From Orbicella franksi (taxonomy: Eukaryota), in NCBI GenBank assembly GCA_964199315.1, contig OZ116700.1, forward strand, positions 34,596,001 through 34,660,000: a DNA stretch of 64,000 nucleotides, written 5' to 3'. Numbering within the stretch: the first letter of the stretch is position 1; each line of letters begins with the position of its first letter. Shown here piece by piece: positions 24,574 to 39,139 of this stretch. The notes beneath the pieces are model-generated. The model was not told the DNA's origin, ran no database searches, and was given only the letters and a program-made list of their open reading frames with translations. The position numbers and the translations under genes were made by a program.

Positions 24574-27500
24574 ATGGGCTATTCGCCATCATCAAGTCAT
24601 TTACCTGACGGGGCTGAAATGAACCACCGGCTTTGTTAAATGACATGTTATAAGAAAGAGTCTTGAACATTTTCTTCCGATCTGACTGTGGTTCGTGATG
24701 ACTACCTCCATCTCTGTTTAGATTTTGTGAGATAGACAAACTTGATAGACTTGATAGGATGACAGCGTTTTGTAGCTAGCGGGCTAGAGATTACATATTA
24801 AAATTTTTCGAATACCTTTCCTAACTTACAAATCAGTTTATGGCGCCATGATAGCTAACATCAGTGTAATAACTGATAACAGATAGAAATGGCGTGAACT
24901 CGTAACTGACAACTGTCATTTATTCCGTGACCCATCCAGTGTCACCCTGGTGTTTGTCCCATTCTAGAACAGATAGCATGCTGCGATGAGTGACCTTGAG
25001 TTCTCCTCGTGGATTGTTCAGGAAAGGAAAGTAATTCCCTTCGCTGTTACACAGCTGAGAAAAATTGCTGCTTGATGACCTAAAAAAATTTCGAATAGCC
25101 GATATCTTCCTCTCTTTCTTCAAGGAAGGCAGCCGTCCATTTTTAGCAACTTGTCCCCTACCCCCCACCCCTCCCCCCGTCAAGTCCACCGCGCCTTTTC
25201 ATTCGCTCGCTGCAGTACGGAAACGCTACACTGTAAAGGCAAGCGGTGGAGCAGAAGCTAGGAAAACAGTCCTGTCCGATTAAGTCTATACGTTATATAA
25301 AACTATGGATATATTTATTTTACTTTTAGAATTGGAGCTTTCAGTAATCTACTTGCTGCATATCAACTAGGTCAATGAAAATTGACACGATTTAAGTGTA
25401 ATCCGTTTAATTCTACTAAATGAATCCGGTGTCTTTGAAACTATACATCTTTCAACAAACCCATTTATTTTTTGCATTTAAGTAAGCACTGAAAGCAACT
25501 GAACAAGAAAACTGTGTGCACCGTTGAAATACACGAATATTTTCTTCAGTGCACGCTAATTAAGATCAGAACGTTACTTCTCCTTTCTGATGCCGTAAAG
25601 TTTTTTAGTGGTTACTTCTGGGAATTTGGCTATACAACATGACCGCCATAGTTCATGGAATTTATGATTTTCGATCTTGCTTCACCTGTCACTTGTCGAC
25701 GTCTGCCCGACAATGTCATGAGAGAAATCAAACTGATGTTAGCCTAAAATCCCTCTTTGTAGTTTCAAAACGTATAGTACGGAAGATAAATCGATGATTT
25801 TGTATAAATAAAATGATTCCTGGAATTGAAGCTAGTTGATTATGAGTATCGTAAACCCGCCAGCCCTGCAGAAGACACAATTCATGTTAAAAGATGTTAT
25901 TGACAGATACATGGAAGGTGAAAAAACAAAAATAAAACTTTATCACCTTTCAATCGATCCGGGCAGCTGTACGAAGAGTTATAAAAATAAAACGTGATAA
26001 AATCACGAAAACCAGCTGATAACATCAAACCCGGGAAATACCCGGATTCAGTGACTGTTTAAGAGGATATCAAAAGCTCCTGAGGAGAGGGTCATTTATT
26101 TGAAGAATTCGCACCCAACCTTTCTAAAAAGATGAACAATAACTTGATACTTGTTTCGGCTGCAACTTAGTAACCGATTAGATTGTGGAAATGAGGCAGA
26201 CGCAAATTTGGTTATAAAGGAGTAGGCCGCGTTACACTGCTGGCCTGGGACAGACAGAAAGTGAAAACAACAGCGGAAAGAAGAAGCTAAAACGGACAGA
26301 AAGTTCTTCGTCATTCCAGTTGTGTGTAAGTAGACTCTAAGTAATTTATGACTAGGTGTAAGGTAAAATATATTTGGCTATAAAATAATCAAAGCATACA
26401 GCAACAGTTCGTGAAAGAGTGGTGCCTGTGAAATGAACTCAAACTTGTGTGCTAGCATTTCTTAAATTACGGCCTTCAACATCTAAGCTTTTGTAATGTC
26501 GTCGAACGTAACCAACATAAGCCGTGCGTTCAAATCCTGTCTGTCTACATAGTTCAATCTTTCTCCTGTGCGTTTTTACGTTTTACGACTCACAACGAAA
26601 CGCGCGTACGGAATTACAATGTCTTTAATAAAAGAGAAGTAATTTTAATTTAATTTGGAGCGGAAGCTATTGGAGGCAGCTTGAGAAGTAGAAATCGCTG
26701 ACACGTCACCTAACGTTTGTCAGTCTTCGCCAGCTAAAACTAATCATTGTCTTAATTTTCGCTGAATACTTTACTTTGACGGCGAAGCTCTTCATCTAAA
26801 TTCTGTCCGGCTAGTATATTAAACTATTTTGAAAACGGAAATAAATTTCATTAGTAGGCATAACTTTGGAGGGGGCCATGGAATTTGCTATCATGGCTCG
26901 GTTTTGCCTGTAGTGATGTTTTACTGAATATCTTTACATTAGATCGTAACAACCTCGAACGACAAACTGAGTTCGTTATATATCGAAGTCCATAGCTATC
27001 TACAATTGGTCTTTCAGGGGTGTAGCATGCATAATGCGTGGAGTAGACAAAGCGATCGCCGAGGGCGCGACCTGCTGGGGAAATTTTTAATTTGCTTAAT
27101 TTTTTTCGTTTTGTTATTATGGTGATGACTGATGGCAGGATAAAAGGAATCGTTAAGATGGTTTTGAACTTCAGTATTGAACTGAATAACGTCTTCGCTT
27201 TTTGCAAAGTTTCATTCCGTAATCAGGGCAACTTCAAAACAAGACCTAGGTCAAACCAGCCGATTTAATTATTGCAGTCACTTTTCGCTAATAAATGTAG
27301 AAATATAGATAGGTTTTCATAGATTCCGGAACTACGTGCCTTGCTTACGTGAGCATATTGTCGCTTGGCCTCCGGCTGCTTTCAGATACGTAATCGCCCT
27401 TCAGTTATGAGAGAGACTCGAACCTGTTTCACTAAGATCAGGATTGATAGCTGTAGATTTTTACTGTCACTCAGTGTTAAAAAACAAAACAAAACAAAAA

Positions 27501-30500
27501 CAGTTAACCAATATTCCTTTAACTCTCAGAAAATAGTTATACACAATACACACTTGAGACAGTCGTCATCATACGTCTATATTCAGTTTCACTCTGCTAA
27601 ACAAAAAGCAGTCTGCCAAAAGCGATCAATGACAGTCTTGAATGTTCACTCGAAACTGTTTGTAACGTCAAGAATAAGTTAAGAACAGAACAGCGGGGAA
27701 ATTTTTCTTTAGACAATGAGTTCACAGAATTACTCTCTTTCGTTTGAGATAGAAGGAGTTTACTCTAAGCACGAATCACCAAGTATCTCGCTGTTGGTGT
27801 CTTTTAAATTCTTTCCTTCCCCTTCCCCGAGCTAACAAGGGGAATACCAGTTCAATTATAGCACCAGGGAAGGACTTGCACTTGCTTTCGTTCATGGCAA
27901 GCCAAAAATAAATAATTTTGCATGAGATTCCAAGATAGATAGTTGTATCCGGTGAAACCCTGTGTGAATAATCTGTGGATTTGGGGGATTTTGTTAAATG
28001 CAAGTCAAGGGGCTCAGTTGATTTTACTAAGATTTTCCCATTTCCGGGCAATTAATTCTCTTGCAAGCTCGGAGGAACGCATTTGACACATCACGATTGC
28101 ATGCTCACATTACACTCTCGGCAAAAATTAGCGATAGCCTCCTGCGCAGACATGAGGTAGTAAAGATTGCATGACCAGCCCAAAAAGGCTACAGTAGGTT
28201 GTAATATCAGGCATTGAGAGGTAGGTGTCTGTCACGCAGATGTTATTCATCATTTAGAAAGATCACGGTATACTGTATTTCTATTTCAATCCGTGTCAAA
28301 TACTCCAAAGAAATGTTATCATATTGAATGCATGCCTGCTTACTGCACTTGTGCAGTTCTCTGCTACCTGTTGACACTTGTTCGAGTGTTTCGTTTCAAT
28401 ATTTTAAAGAATCGTGCATAACTCGATTGGGCTGTAAAGAACATTGATTGAGTTTTAGCTATTTTTTCATTTACTTTGAATTGAAAGCTTAAAGGCATTT
28501 TTACATTGACACTAACTGACCCAGCCCGACTGATTAGTAGATAGATTTTCATTCTTTGTGGATGTTTGTCGATAAGGTCAAGGCGGAGCTCTACACTGCA
28601 TCTTCTTAAATGATTAAAATCCATGGAATTTGCCTTAAATTGTTCAGTATTTTATCAGTTGGTCCACTATGTCTTCTTCTCTTGGAAGCTTATTCCAGAG
28701 TTATTCTAGTCAGCAGTATCCATTTTCAAAATAACTGCAGAGCGAAAGCATTAGTGCATAATTGATGCAACCTGCTACGAGAATATTTGAGACAGATCGA
28801 GCGTGTTGAGACTAGATCATAGTCAGTAAAAGCCTTCAAATTTAAACTTCAATGATCCATCCTTTAAATCAGAAAATCACATTAGCAGAAATATTATCTC
28901 GGCTAAGATTTCATTCTACAAACGCCGTATCTTAGATGCCTGATAGCACGATTTCACCCCACCCTAGACGTGCACTCACTCGGGAATCTCAATTTATAGC
29001 GTGCCCTCTCTCGCTGTTTTTGAACTATCGATCGCTGCAACGATTCCCAACCAACGGAAGCATCGCCAAAAACTAGTTTACCTAAAAATTTATTTGGCAA
29101 AAAGCTAGAGAAAGTGATGGTTCCTTCATTTTCTGGTCTGTATTACACAAGTCAATAGGCAGGACCCCAACGCCAAACCTGAGGCACTTCGGCAAAGTAT
29201 GGTCTTTCTCCTACTAAAGGGACTTCTCGGGGATCAAAACGATCGAAAGCGTGTGTTTCGGACTCATGACTCAAATTTGATTGAGAAGGTAAATTTTGAA
29301 CGCGTGAGGCCCTAGACTGATGCAGGCCTGTCAAATGAACTCGTTAGGACAATTGGGGGTAAGGTTTGACATGCAAGGTACATGATGGCAATCTGAAGCG
29401 GCAACAACGTAAAACGTTTTCGATAAATCAGCTGAGTTGAACCTCTCTATTTCGAACTCTGAGGAGAAAAGAAAACGAGTTCGAAAACCGCAATAATCGA
29501 GTCAGCGTTAAATATGATAATAACAAATTAGTGGAATTTTTTTCTTCTGAGAGTTCGTTTACCTCGGCGGACCAGACGAGAACACTCTCGGACGAAGTTT
29601 GTTCCAGTAAAGGCAAAATTTTAGTTTTCTAGCTGTGTTGTCACATGGTCGTCTGATGTTATGGTGACGAGGTTTTCATCTTTCAACCCTACAGTCGAGA
29701 TCGAGAAAAAAACGGCGTTGATTTTCGGCCAAGTGAAGTCGAAGAAGCCGGGGATTGAAACAACCGAGATTGAAAAGATGCCGATAGCCCGGGACTAGCT
29801 AGTGTAAAGTGACTGAGGCAAGGACAAATCCAGGGAAGATGATATTACCGATTTCCAACTAGCAAAACTAACGAAAATTCTTGCTGCTGAAATAAGCCCT
29901 ACCGCCGCGTGGTCTTAAACGTTTCCGTGATTTTAAAAGGTTCAATTCGCATAAAACTTATAGAAACAATGGACATCATCTCACAAGCGCCAGTTAAGTG
30001 GCTTACTTTTCGCGCTACTCTGTGATTGGCTGAGTCCACGTGGTGTTATTGTATTTTGCGCATGTTTGGACACGGGTCATGACCCGCACCTTTTCACTCA
30101 ACAAAATGTTTTCACTTCGGCGTGTGGATCATGGAAATAGAAAACAAAAAAAATTGGCTTAAAAGATACTTCGATCAGCAGCGTCGTTTAAAGCGATCTT
30201 CGTCAACTTATTACTTGATTGCAGTTAGTAGTTCCAGTAAAAAGTGCCGGGAAAAAGCATTGTGTTTTCCATTCCAATAGCTTCGGGATTGCAACGCAAA
30301 GAAGCGACCAAACAATAGCTGTCGCAAGAAGCAGATGTACTTTTGTTTGAGCGGGTCGCTTTAGCAGCTGTCCATCCAGCGTGTTAGAAAATTTGCATAC
30401 GCAGACAGTATTCCAAACATTCTAAAGCGTGCTTTTAATGGTATTTTAATATATGATAAATCTACTGAAATACCGCATTTGTAATTCGCAATTGCACAAA

Positions 30501-33500
30501 GTTTTAATTTCGTTTTGCTGCGTGACGGCGAAAAATGAATTTTGACGCGCTAGTGCTCTTGCGCAAAACAATGATTGAAATCGAAGAACAATGCATTTGG
30601 CTGAAGCACGTTTGCTGACGAACTGTCACAAATCTGTCAATTGTTTCAAGGGCAAGTTGAGGCGAGTTCAAGTCGCAGTTCTCTTATCGGATGAACCACG
30701 CGGGATCTGTATCAATTCATTCCAAACGCGTTTAACTTTAGCGTCGACAACACCGTGGGAAAAAATACTTCGGCGGAAACTTTTAAATCGCTTCAGTATC
30801 CAGGTAAGAAAATAATCTTGTTTTTGAACGGATCTTTGGTGTTATTCTTCGGAAGCGAGAGGGATTTTCGACAGATGTGAGAATTTCGTTTATGGAAGAC
30901 AATGAATTGTTTCAGCTGTCAAGTCAAATTGAGTGCCGGAGCCTTTTGCTGTTTTACAAACGAGCCCGTCTTCTCACTACACTAGGTAAATGTTTTCGTT
31001 TGGAGATTTCTTAAGTTTGTGGTAGGAACTTTATCTATTTAGTAGGGGTGAAATGGTTTTATTTCAATTGCACGCCACGAAATTGTTATCTCGAAAGAAA
31101 TTCTGAAAGGTTTGTGTTTGGACCACACACCGGATAAGCTAAAATGCGAAGATCTGCTTCTTTGAAAATAATATTTAAACGTCTTTGCTGGTTTGTTTAG
31201 CTGGCTAATTACTTAAGCTGAAAATGGATATAGTTATTAGTTCAAATAGTTTCTTAATTTAAGCTTCAAATGGAAAATGATATAAACTGTATACAGTTGT
31301 ATGTTATTGTAGCTTCCAATATTATACGTTGAACGAACCGACTTTATTCAAACCGAATGTATTGCTTGTTTATTTTCGTCCACATACGTTTTCAATTTGC
31401 ACGGTTGTAATACAAGCTAAATTCGTTCTTCGAATTGGATAGTTTGAGCGTCTATTCAGAACTAGATAACGAAATAACCGTGCAGCTACAGTCTGCATCA
31501 TTTGTAACAGCCATGCGACATTATGAAGTAAGAGACATTTCTTTCTCTAGCAAATATTCTCGAGACAGTTTCTAAAATAGTTCCTGAAACATACTGCTGT
31601 TTGTTAATGGTTCCTGTGCCGTGGAGATGTAGTTTTATTGGAAGATAGAATATTTATACCTCTGAAAGGTTTAAGCATGCTAGCACCATTCTATTTTAGT
31701 GTTTCTATTTTTGTATTATCGCGCGTGGCCCCGGTTTGCTCGTCAAATTGTAACTTGTTTTATAAATTTTGTATTTTTATTTTGGTTCGTCATTTCAAGC
31801 AAAATAGCATCCTTCGTCAGATATAAACATGTTTTTGATTATATTCGACTTTGTACTCTGTACTTTGAATCGCTCGAACTCGTGATATGCGATGCCAGTA
31901 GCATATGAACGTCATGGAAATTTCAGTGCAGCGTCGAGGTAAGGTTTCCTTTTAATATTTTTGCGTGGAAATTTTGCTTTGGAGACGAAATGTATACTGA
32001 AATGTAGAACGTAGGCAGTTAACGGTTTATAATTCATCACTTCCTGATTGTGTAGAAAGGAAGTGAGATTTTCTTTCTTGATCATGAAAAAAAAAAAACT
32101 ATATTCGTAACGTGAAAATCGAAGTCAGAAAGGGGAGCTGTCAGTATCTGGGAGTATTTTTAGGACTTAAAAAGGCGTGAGTGAAATATTTATTTTTTAC
32201 GTTGGATCTTTTGTTAAAAAATTTCGTCTTCAGTTCGAAGTGCAGTGTGAATTATTGGAGATGATTTTGTTCTGTTGGGTGGAGAATTCTTCAAGGACCT
32301 ACAGAGTGGATGCTTTCCTATCATTAAGTTTTTTCAGCCTGCCTGTATGGTGCCCGATAAAACAGGAGCTGCTATGGGTTATGTTCTTAGTATTCCAGAC
32401 ATGGGAAAGCTAACAGTTCTTTAACAGTCAGTTTGTATTCAATGACTCGCTCTGGTTCTCTTGTGTTTTCTTTAGCTCATATAGTTAGTCTTTCAAATCG
32501 GAGTTAGTTTCCGACCCAGTTTATGGCCGAAACCTTAACGTAAACTGATGCTTTTGTGAAAATCTTTATTTAAAAACACGAACTTAATTTAACCTCGGAG
32601 ATCTGTCAGTGAATATAGCGAGCATCTCATTAGGTCAAATGGGACATTTCAGCGGAGATTTCACGTTCAGGCCTGAAACTTAACAGATTCCGCAGGAGTC
32701 AGGTTTTTACTTGGCTCTGTTGTGTGGACTTGTATCATCAGTAGTCACTTCCATTCAAGGGGAGGAGTGCCTGTCGAAACGCAGATAATTCATTGTTTCA
32801 AAGTGAAGCTGGTTTGCATGTGATATTTATGATCACGTTGAAATTCAAGCTGGCAAATTCGAATCCCGGTCCAGATTGATATCACAGTTGTTGTTACAAG
32901 CATGAAATAGACATTGACCCATGGCCCACTTGTTTTTAAGGCAACGAGAGGTTTGTTGGGTTGAATTGTTGCGTTAACTTTAGAGGGTCAAAGTCTAGGA
33001 AGCAAGCGATTATCAGCGTGGTGTTCATGTAAAATTCCTTATAAAATGCTTAGGATATCCTATAAAAGTTCGCTTCCGGATTTTAACTCGCAGTTGGTTG
33101 AAGACTTTGACCAGCAAACCAAAAAACAAGATTGTTTACAAGAGACGACGGCTGATTTTACAGTGAAGAAGGCACTAACAGCAATCAACATCAATTTCAC
33201 CGTGAAATCGAGCTGCTCAAGAAAGGACGTTTAAAGTTGGATCGCGTGTACCATATGTATACTCCTTTCTGGATAACAACCGCTTTAAATTCCAAATTTA
33301 AAGGCTCAACGGAAATTGTAGCATAGCAAAGCGACGTCATCACAGAAACTGGATCTCAAGATGTCCTCGCCATTGAACAAAATCAGTCAATCCCTCCAAG
33401 AACGTTTCCACAGTCCTTGGAAGCATATCGAGTGCTTTTTAGCAAACTTTGTTATTCTTTTCGTTACTGAGACAACTCGAAACAATTTGTTGTAAGGTAC

Positions 33501-36500
33501 AAGTTGTACTCACCAACCAACGTGCAAGAATGCAAGTGACCGCAGACTTCAAGTCTGAAGTGTCAAGGTTAATTGATAGCTCTTCATTATCGGATTTGAA
33601 TTAACGTCAAATGATTTTACAATAAAAAAATGCTTAAAATTCTGTACCTGGGAATGCCGTTATGTTCTTTCCGCAGCAGGCAGATAAAATCACAGCTTGT
33701 ATAAGAAGTTATCGCGGAAATGTTGCATTCTGTCAGCTCTTACTTTACGAAGGGAGAAGCATAGAAAGAAACAGAGTTTATGTTTATGAAGCAGCTGAGT
33801 TGCGTCTGAAGACCAAAGAGTTGCTGATAACCAAAAGGAAACAACGTCGTTAAAGATGGCTGAGTAGGAACTGAAACTACAAGTATTGTTTTTCAAGATG
33901 AACCCCTCGTTTATATGTGGCTCATAGAAGATGTCTCCATATGGTTACTCCATTTTAAAGCGACTGTGTATTTTAAAAACAGTTTTATTTGATGGGCACT
34001 TCACTTGATTGAAAAGATGATCTCTCCCAAAGGTTGGTCTGCAATATAGGCAGGCGGACCAATGGAAACATACTCAATTTCTTGTGAGTTACCGCTTTGT
34101 TGTACAACTTTAGAAATATGTTCCCAGACGAAATATTTTACAAGATATTGGCCACTGAGACACTCGGTTGGAGTTGAGTTTTCGAGATAAGGATTATTTT
34201 GAAGTGAGCTTAGCCAAGGATGTCAGCGTGATGCCATTTACGGCAAAAAGTATGATGCGATTTTTTTCAGTGTCTATGTTTCGTGAAGCCAACATGACGG
34301 GAAATGCACTTATGCGTTCGAGGCTGTCAGATAAATTTCCTGAAAATTTATTTTTGATCCTTAATATATCTGACCAAGGACTTGATATTTGCAGAATATA
34401 TAAGAACTATTTAAAGACTTTGAGTAGCGGTGATAGGGAACAGCAGTTTTGCATACATGTATTAGTTAGAAAAGCTTTTTGCGAACTTTCATTTGGCCTT
34501 ACATAAAGTACAGACTGCGACTTTTCAGTTTCAGTTGTAGGTAAGCATTATAATGACAACGTAGGTTTTGGCTTCATTTAGATTAAACAAATATGTATAG
34601 ACGGCATTTACAAAAGACAGTGAAAACAATGTTGTTATCTTTATTGGTGCACTGAATGGTTTTATTCTTAGTTTAAGGGCAGTAGTGAGAGTGTATAGCA
34701 GTTTCGTTCCTGTCGGTCGGTTGCTAATGGTACAAAACGCAGTTGAGAACGTAATACCAAGCTGACCTTTGAGTCAAACTGGGCGGGAAAATTTTCTTAA
34801 CAAATGCAAATTTGTCGCTATATATGGACCGGTAGAACGTTCTAAAAGATTGGCCCAATGCTTGTTTTCTCAAATTCTTTAAGATAATATTTATGTAGTA
34901 CAACATAAACGTTTTTCGGCGAAATATAAATGTACAATGGACTTCACCAACTAGGTAATGTAAACAGTTTTCACTGGCTTTAACTTAAAAGCCTGTTTTT
35001 TAACCTTAAGCATCCAGCGACAAGACCCGAGGAATAGTTCAAGAAGTAACAGGTAAAATTCAGATATTTATACGTCGATGGTGTACTATTAGCTCAATCC
35101 GGCATTATTTAAAAGCAACTTACAGATAAGTTAACTTTTCAACACATGGAATGAAGAGCAAATGAACTGGTTGATCGTCTGAAGCGAGCACAGTCGATTG
35201 ACTCAGTAAGTCAATCGCGTTTCCTTCCTTGGATCATAATATTCTCAGTCATGACTGCACATGGTCTGACATTACCGGCTGAGAAACATCGAACGAAATA
35301 TGTTGCTATCTTGTTAGTTTACGGTCGGTAAAATTCAGTTTTGAAGCAAAATCCGATGTGTTGATCAGTTTTCGTTTATTCTTGTGGTTGTTGTGTTCCG
35401 ACCACTTACAAGCCGCAGTATTTACGCCGGTTGGCGCCGGAAAGGTGCAAACCGGCAAATGTTCACAGTTCTGTATACGTACAAAACAATTCTACGCATG
35501 GGTGTTTATTTGATAGCCGTTAATCTTCTAGTTCTGTGTAGACAGAAAATTGTTATCTTGTTGCATTACGTTGCAACTTCTCAACTCTCGCCGATCTTAA
35601 ATAGTTTTCATAAATGTCACTAAGCAGCTCTGATCAAAATTATTGCATTCTTTCAAACCGTTCGCATCAAACTGCCAGAATTACTTGCTAGCTGGTTAAT
35701 TGGAAAGTAGTTTCTCAGGGCCTACAGGTAAAAATGCGTGAAAGCAAAACGGTGAAGCAAATTAACAATCCCTTTGTCCTTTTTGCATTTCCTAAACTTC
35801 CAACGAATAACAATTAACTGAAATAACGAACTTAAACGATCAACCCACCCATTTTCTTGGTTCCCGCACCCAGCAATTTAAAAAAAATTGGTTTAAATTC
35901 ATCTTATAGCGAGTTCATTCGTTAATAATACCAAATCTTATGATAACCGATTCGGCATTCCATTTCTTAGCTAGAGGCTTTCTGACCTTTATAGAGTATA
36001 TGGCTTATAACCAACACTCGACATGACATCAACGTTGCAACTGTTTACGAACACATTGTAGTAAGAGAATCAGCTTTAAAGTAACTGAGCGTTTCGAGTT
36101 TAGCCTTCAGACTGTTTCTTAGGGACATTTTCAAGATGATGACTCCTTCCCCGCCAAATTTTTAACAGGTGAAATATTTTAAGTAGAGTGTTTTCCTTAA
36201 TTCTTATCTATTCGTATGTGTCTAAAAATGGTTGGAAATATTGAATCGTCAGTCAAGTTTTTATTGCCAATAAACTGACACAAAAATCAATAAATCTTAA
36301 TTAGGAATGTCTGTATTATTCAACTGAGAAAGAAAGCCTGTATCTTTGTGCAATTTCAGTTAATTAATTGAGCTGTTCCAATCTGATGCTTTTTTCATGT
36401 TGATAGTTTTTCTACCAATCATATCTTAGCACGGGAGTGGAGTGATGTATAATTTTAATTCAATGGGGAGGCTTATAATATCCGAATATTGGCTCACAAC

Positions 36501-39139
36501 CAAAATTTTTTTCACAACCGGTAAATTATATCAGGACAAGTGATTCTTGTGACGAAAAACAAGTATATTTCTCATTCGAGATAGATAATCCGTTTTTTTT
36601 TTAGAACCTTTCATTTCAGCCTATGAGAGAGAGACCAATGTATCAGTACTGCACTATAAAGGGAAACGAAATAAAAAGGAACTTGAATTATACGCATTGA
36701 TGAGAAAGGTGTTGCGGTTTTTCTCTAGCAGCACGTCACTGAATACGAATTCCCGAGACGCTCCATCCTCAGAGAATTCCTAATTTAATTTATCCTTTAG
36801 TTCTAGACGACTTGGCGTTAAAAACGTGCTCAATTTTATGGTGGTTCATAGAATTTTTTGTCATGGACTAATCCCTCGGCGGCGAAATGGCACATTCAAC
36901 TTGAAAGACCTGTTCTCCAAGTCGCGTCAGTCCTATTTTCTACCGGTGGCCTCATTCTTGGCCAAAGTGGTCTTGTGTTCCGTAGTCCTATTGACACTGA
37001 ACATAAAAGATTTCATTCACGAGTGGGATTCAAAGGCTACTGCTAGCGACACCTGGGATCACAGCACTGTACGCATGGTGGCAAAGCTACCAACATCGTG
37101 CTTTTGCGGTTTTCCCACGGGTTTTCCCGCGTTAAGCGTTGCCGATATAACGACTTAATGTACGGTTTCTATCCAATTTTTAAGTTGCCAATTAAGATTA
37201 ACTGAAAAGGAAGTGTACCTTGCCTAAAGCGGCCAACATTCCATTTGTCAGTCATCAAAAGTGCACTGCCGTATTGCTCGTGGGAAAGCGCGTCATCTTT
37301 TAAGAAAACTCTGCCGTCCACTATACAAGCCACTGATATTTGTCACCGAGGAAGATTCAATTAGTGATTTAGTTGCCGTTTGTTAGAAGCGATTTTCGGT
37401 TGTTTGCCCGCGAGAGCAAAGTAGAACGGTGATTACCAAACGGAGAAAAGTAAGTTTTTCTTTATACGTTTTGATTGATGATACTGTTGTGTAAGCGTTT
37501 ATGTTAGTGTAGTTGTGAGAAGTGCTGGGCCACATTTGCTCTTTAGTCTCGGCTGGTTAAGCCGTGCCAACAGAAACTGTCCGCTTTTTGTTATGTTAGG
37601 TACATGTATTCATTAATTCGTCGCCTTGTTAAGCAGCATTTGAATCCAACTCAACTTGAGTTGGGATAGCTTTTATTCTTTTGTTGTTCGGTTCCTATTC
37701 TGTGTGTTAGAGATTTCGCTCCGTTTATTCTGAGAACGTTACCGCGGGCTTTTTCCCGCCAAATGGCTGAAGTGAACTGCCACCACAATGCAAATGATTG
37801 CAGGTGGCTGTATTTCACTGTCGGTGTATTGTGTCTTCAAAAGAATGAAGGTGACTGTCAGAGTTTTCTCTAGTGCAGCGCCAAGCGTTGTAATATACTG
37901 TTAAGTTAAAAGCTAAGAACCAGTTACTCGAGTTAAAGAATATTATCATATCGTTCTGTATATCTAATCGATCAAGAATTCGTTGTTACTTAAAAGTAAA
38001 AACTTATGGAACACTGAGTCATTGTAAACTGCAGTCTCCTTTTGCAGTCCTTTGTGAACAACGCTTCTTCGATAAAGGCAAACCTCAGTGCTATCTTTCC
38101 ACAGTAAGCGTGTGAATCTGAGCGAGTGAACCGTTATAAATAAGAACTGTGATTACAAAACAAATGCTTGACAAACTTCGCTTTCACGAAACGTCACTCA
38201 AATGACGTCAGTCCAAACAAGAGGAGCCACCGAAGCTTGAAGTTGGCGCGATAGATATTTGCTTCGTGTTGCGATATTTTCCGCTTTTGTGTGAGTTCAA
38301 TAACCGTCTCTTACGCTACACTATGTATTTGAAATGATTCTTGATGTTTCATGTTCAGTTGCGTGGCTATGACGCGATTTGATGTAAGTTCGTTGGTGTT
38401 ATCGTATCTTGCACTGGTGTTTGAAATACCGGTTTATTTTCTCGGGAAGTTGTAGAGAAGAGAGTGCCTTGCTATTTTAGTTAGGAAATTAAGTAGCAGG
38501 TATGTAGGCATTTCTTAATTAAGTACAACGCGATGGTAGTACAGTAAAAATAACGCCTGTCTGTGTAATATTCAAATTAACATGTAAACTCGACTTGTTT
38601 TGACACATTTATTATGCTAGTGCAAATTAACGCGATGGCGTGAGATATATATGAGGCCTGGCGAATTTCCTGTTTTTCAAACGAAATATAGAAATATTGA
38701 TCTTTTCCATATTCCAAAACAGTTGTGAAATTGTGGTGCAATATCACTCTATTGCGACGAACTTTTTCCGAATGATCTTCGTGAAATAATAGGGTTCAGT
38801 GTGTTAGAATGCAATAGCCAACCCTCTGCAAGCTCTAGAATGTTCATATTTTGGTGCGTGATAGAAAAATCAGTTATTATATTATATTTATTGTTGACTT
38901 TGTTATAACCTGATTGGGCTCGTTGCTATCTGCTTGGTGTTCAGCACATTTCATTTAAATTCAAGTTTAATACTTTTATTCAACCGAACGGCTAAAATTA
39001 AGGTTCGCACTCAGTACCCAAAGGGGACTTTTTCCTTAAACGTCTTGTTTTCCATCACACTATCAACGAAAAATTATTTTCTCTGTTCTCTACTCTTAAC
39101 AGGGTAGCAGAGAAGCTGTTACCGGCGAAGGAAGCATAA

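Noticed and set aside
24920-25189. 89-aa minus-strand ORF as a first exon
   Set aside because: Protein-like in part, but no convincing donor or homology could be tied to it.
36826-37158. 110-aa ORF upstream of MARCH
   Set aside because: GTG start, no motif, no consistent exon boundaries.
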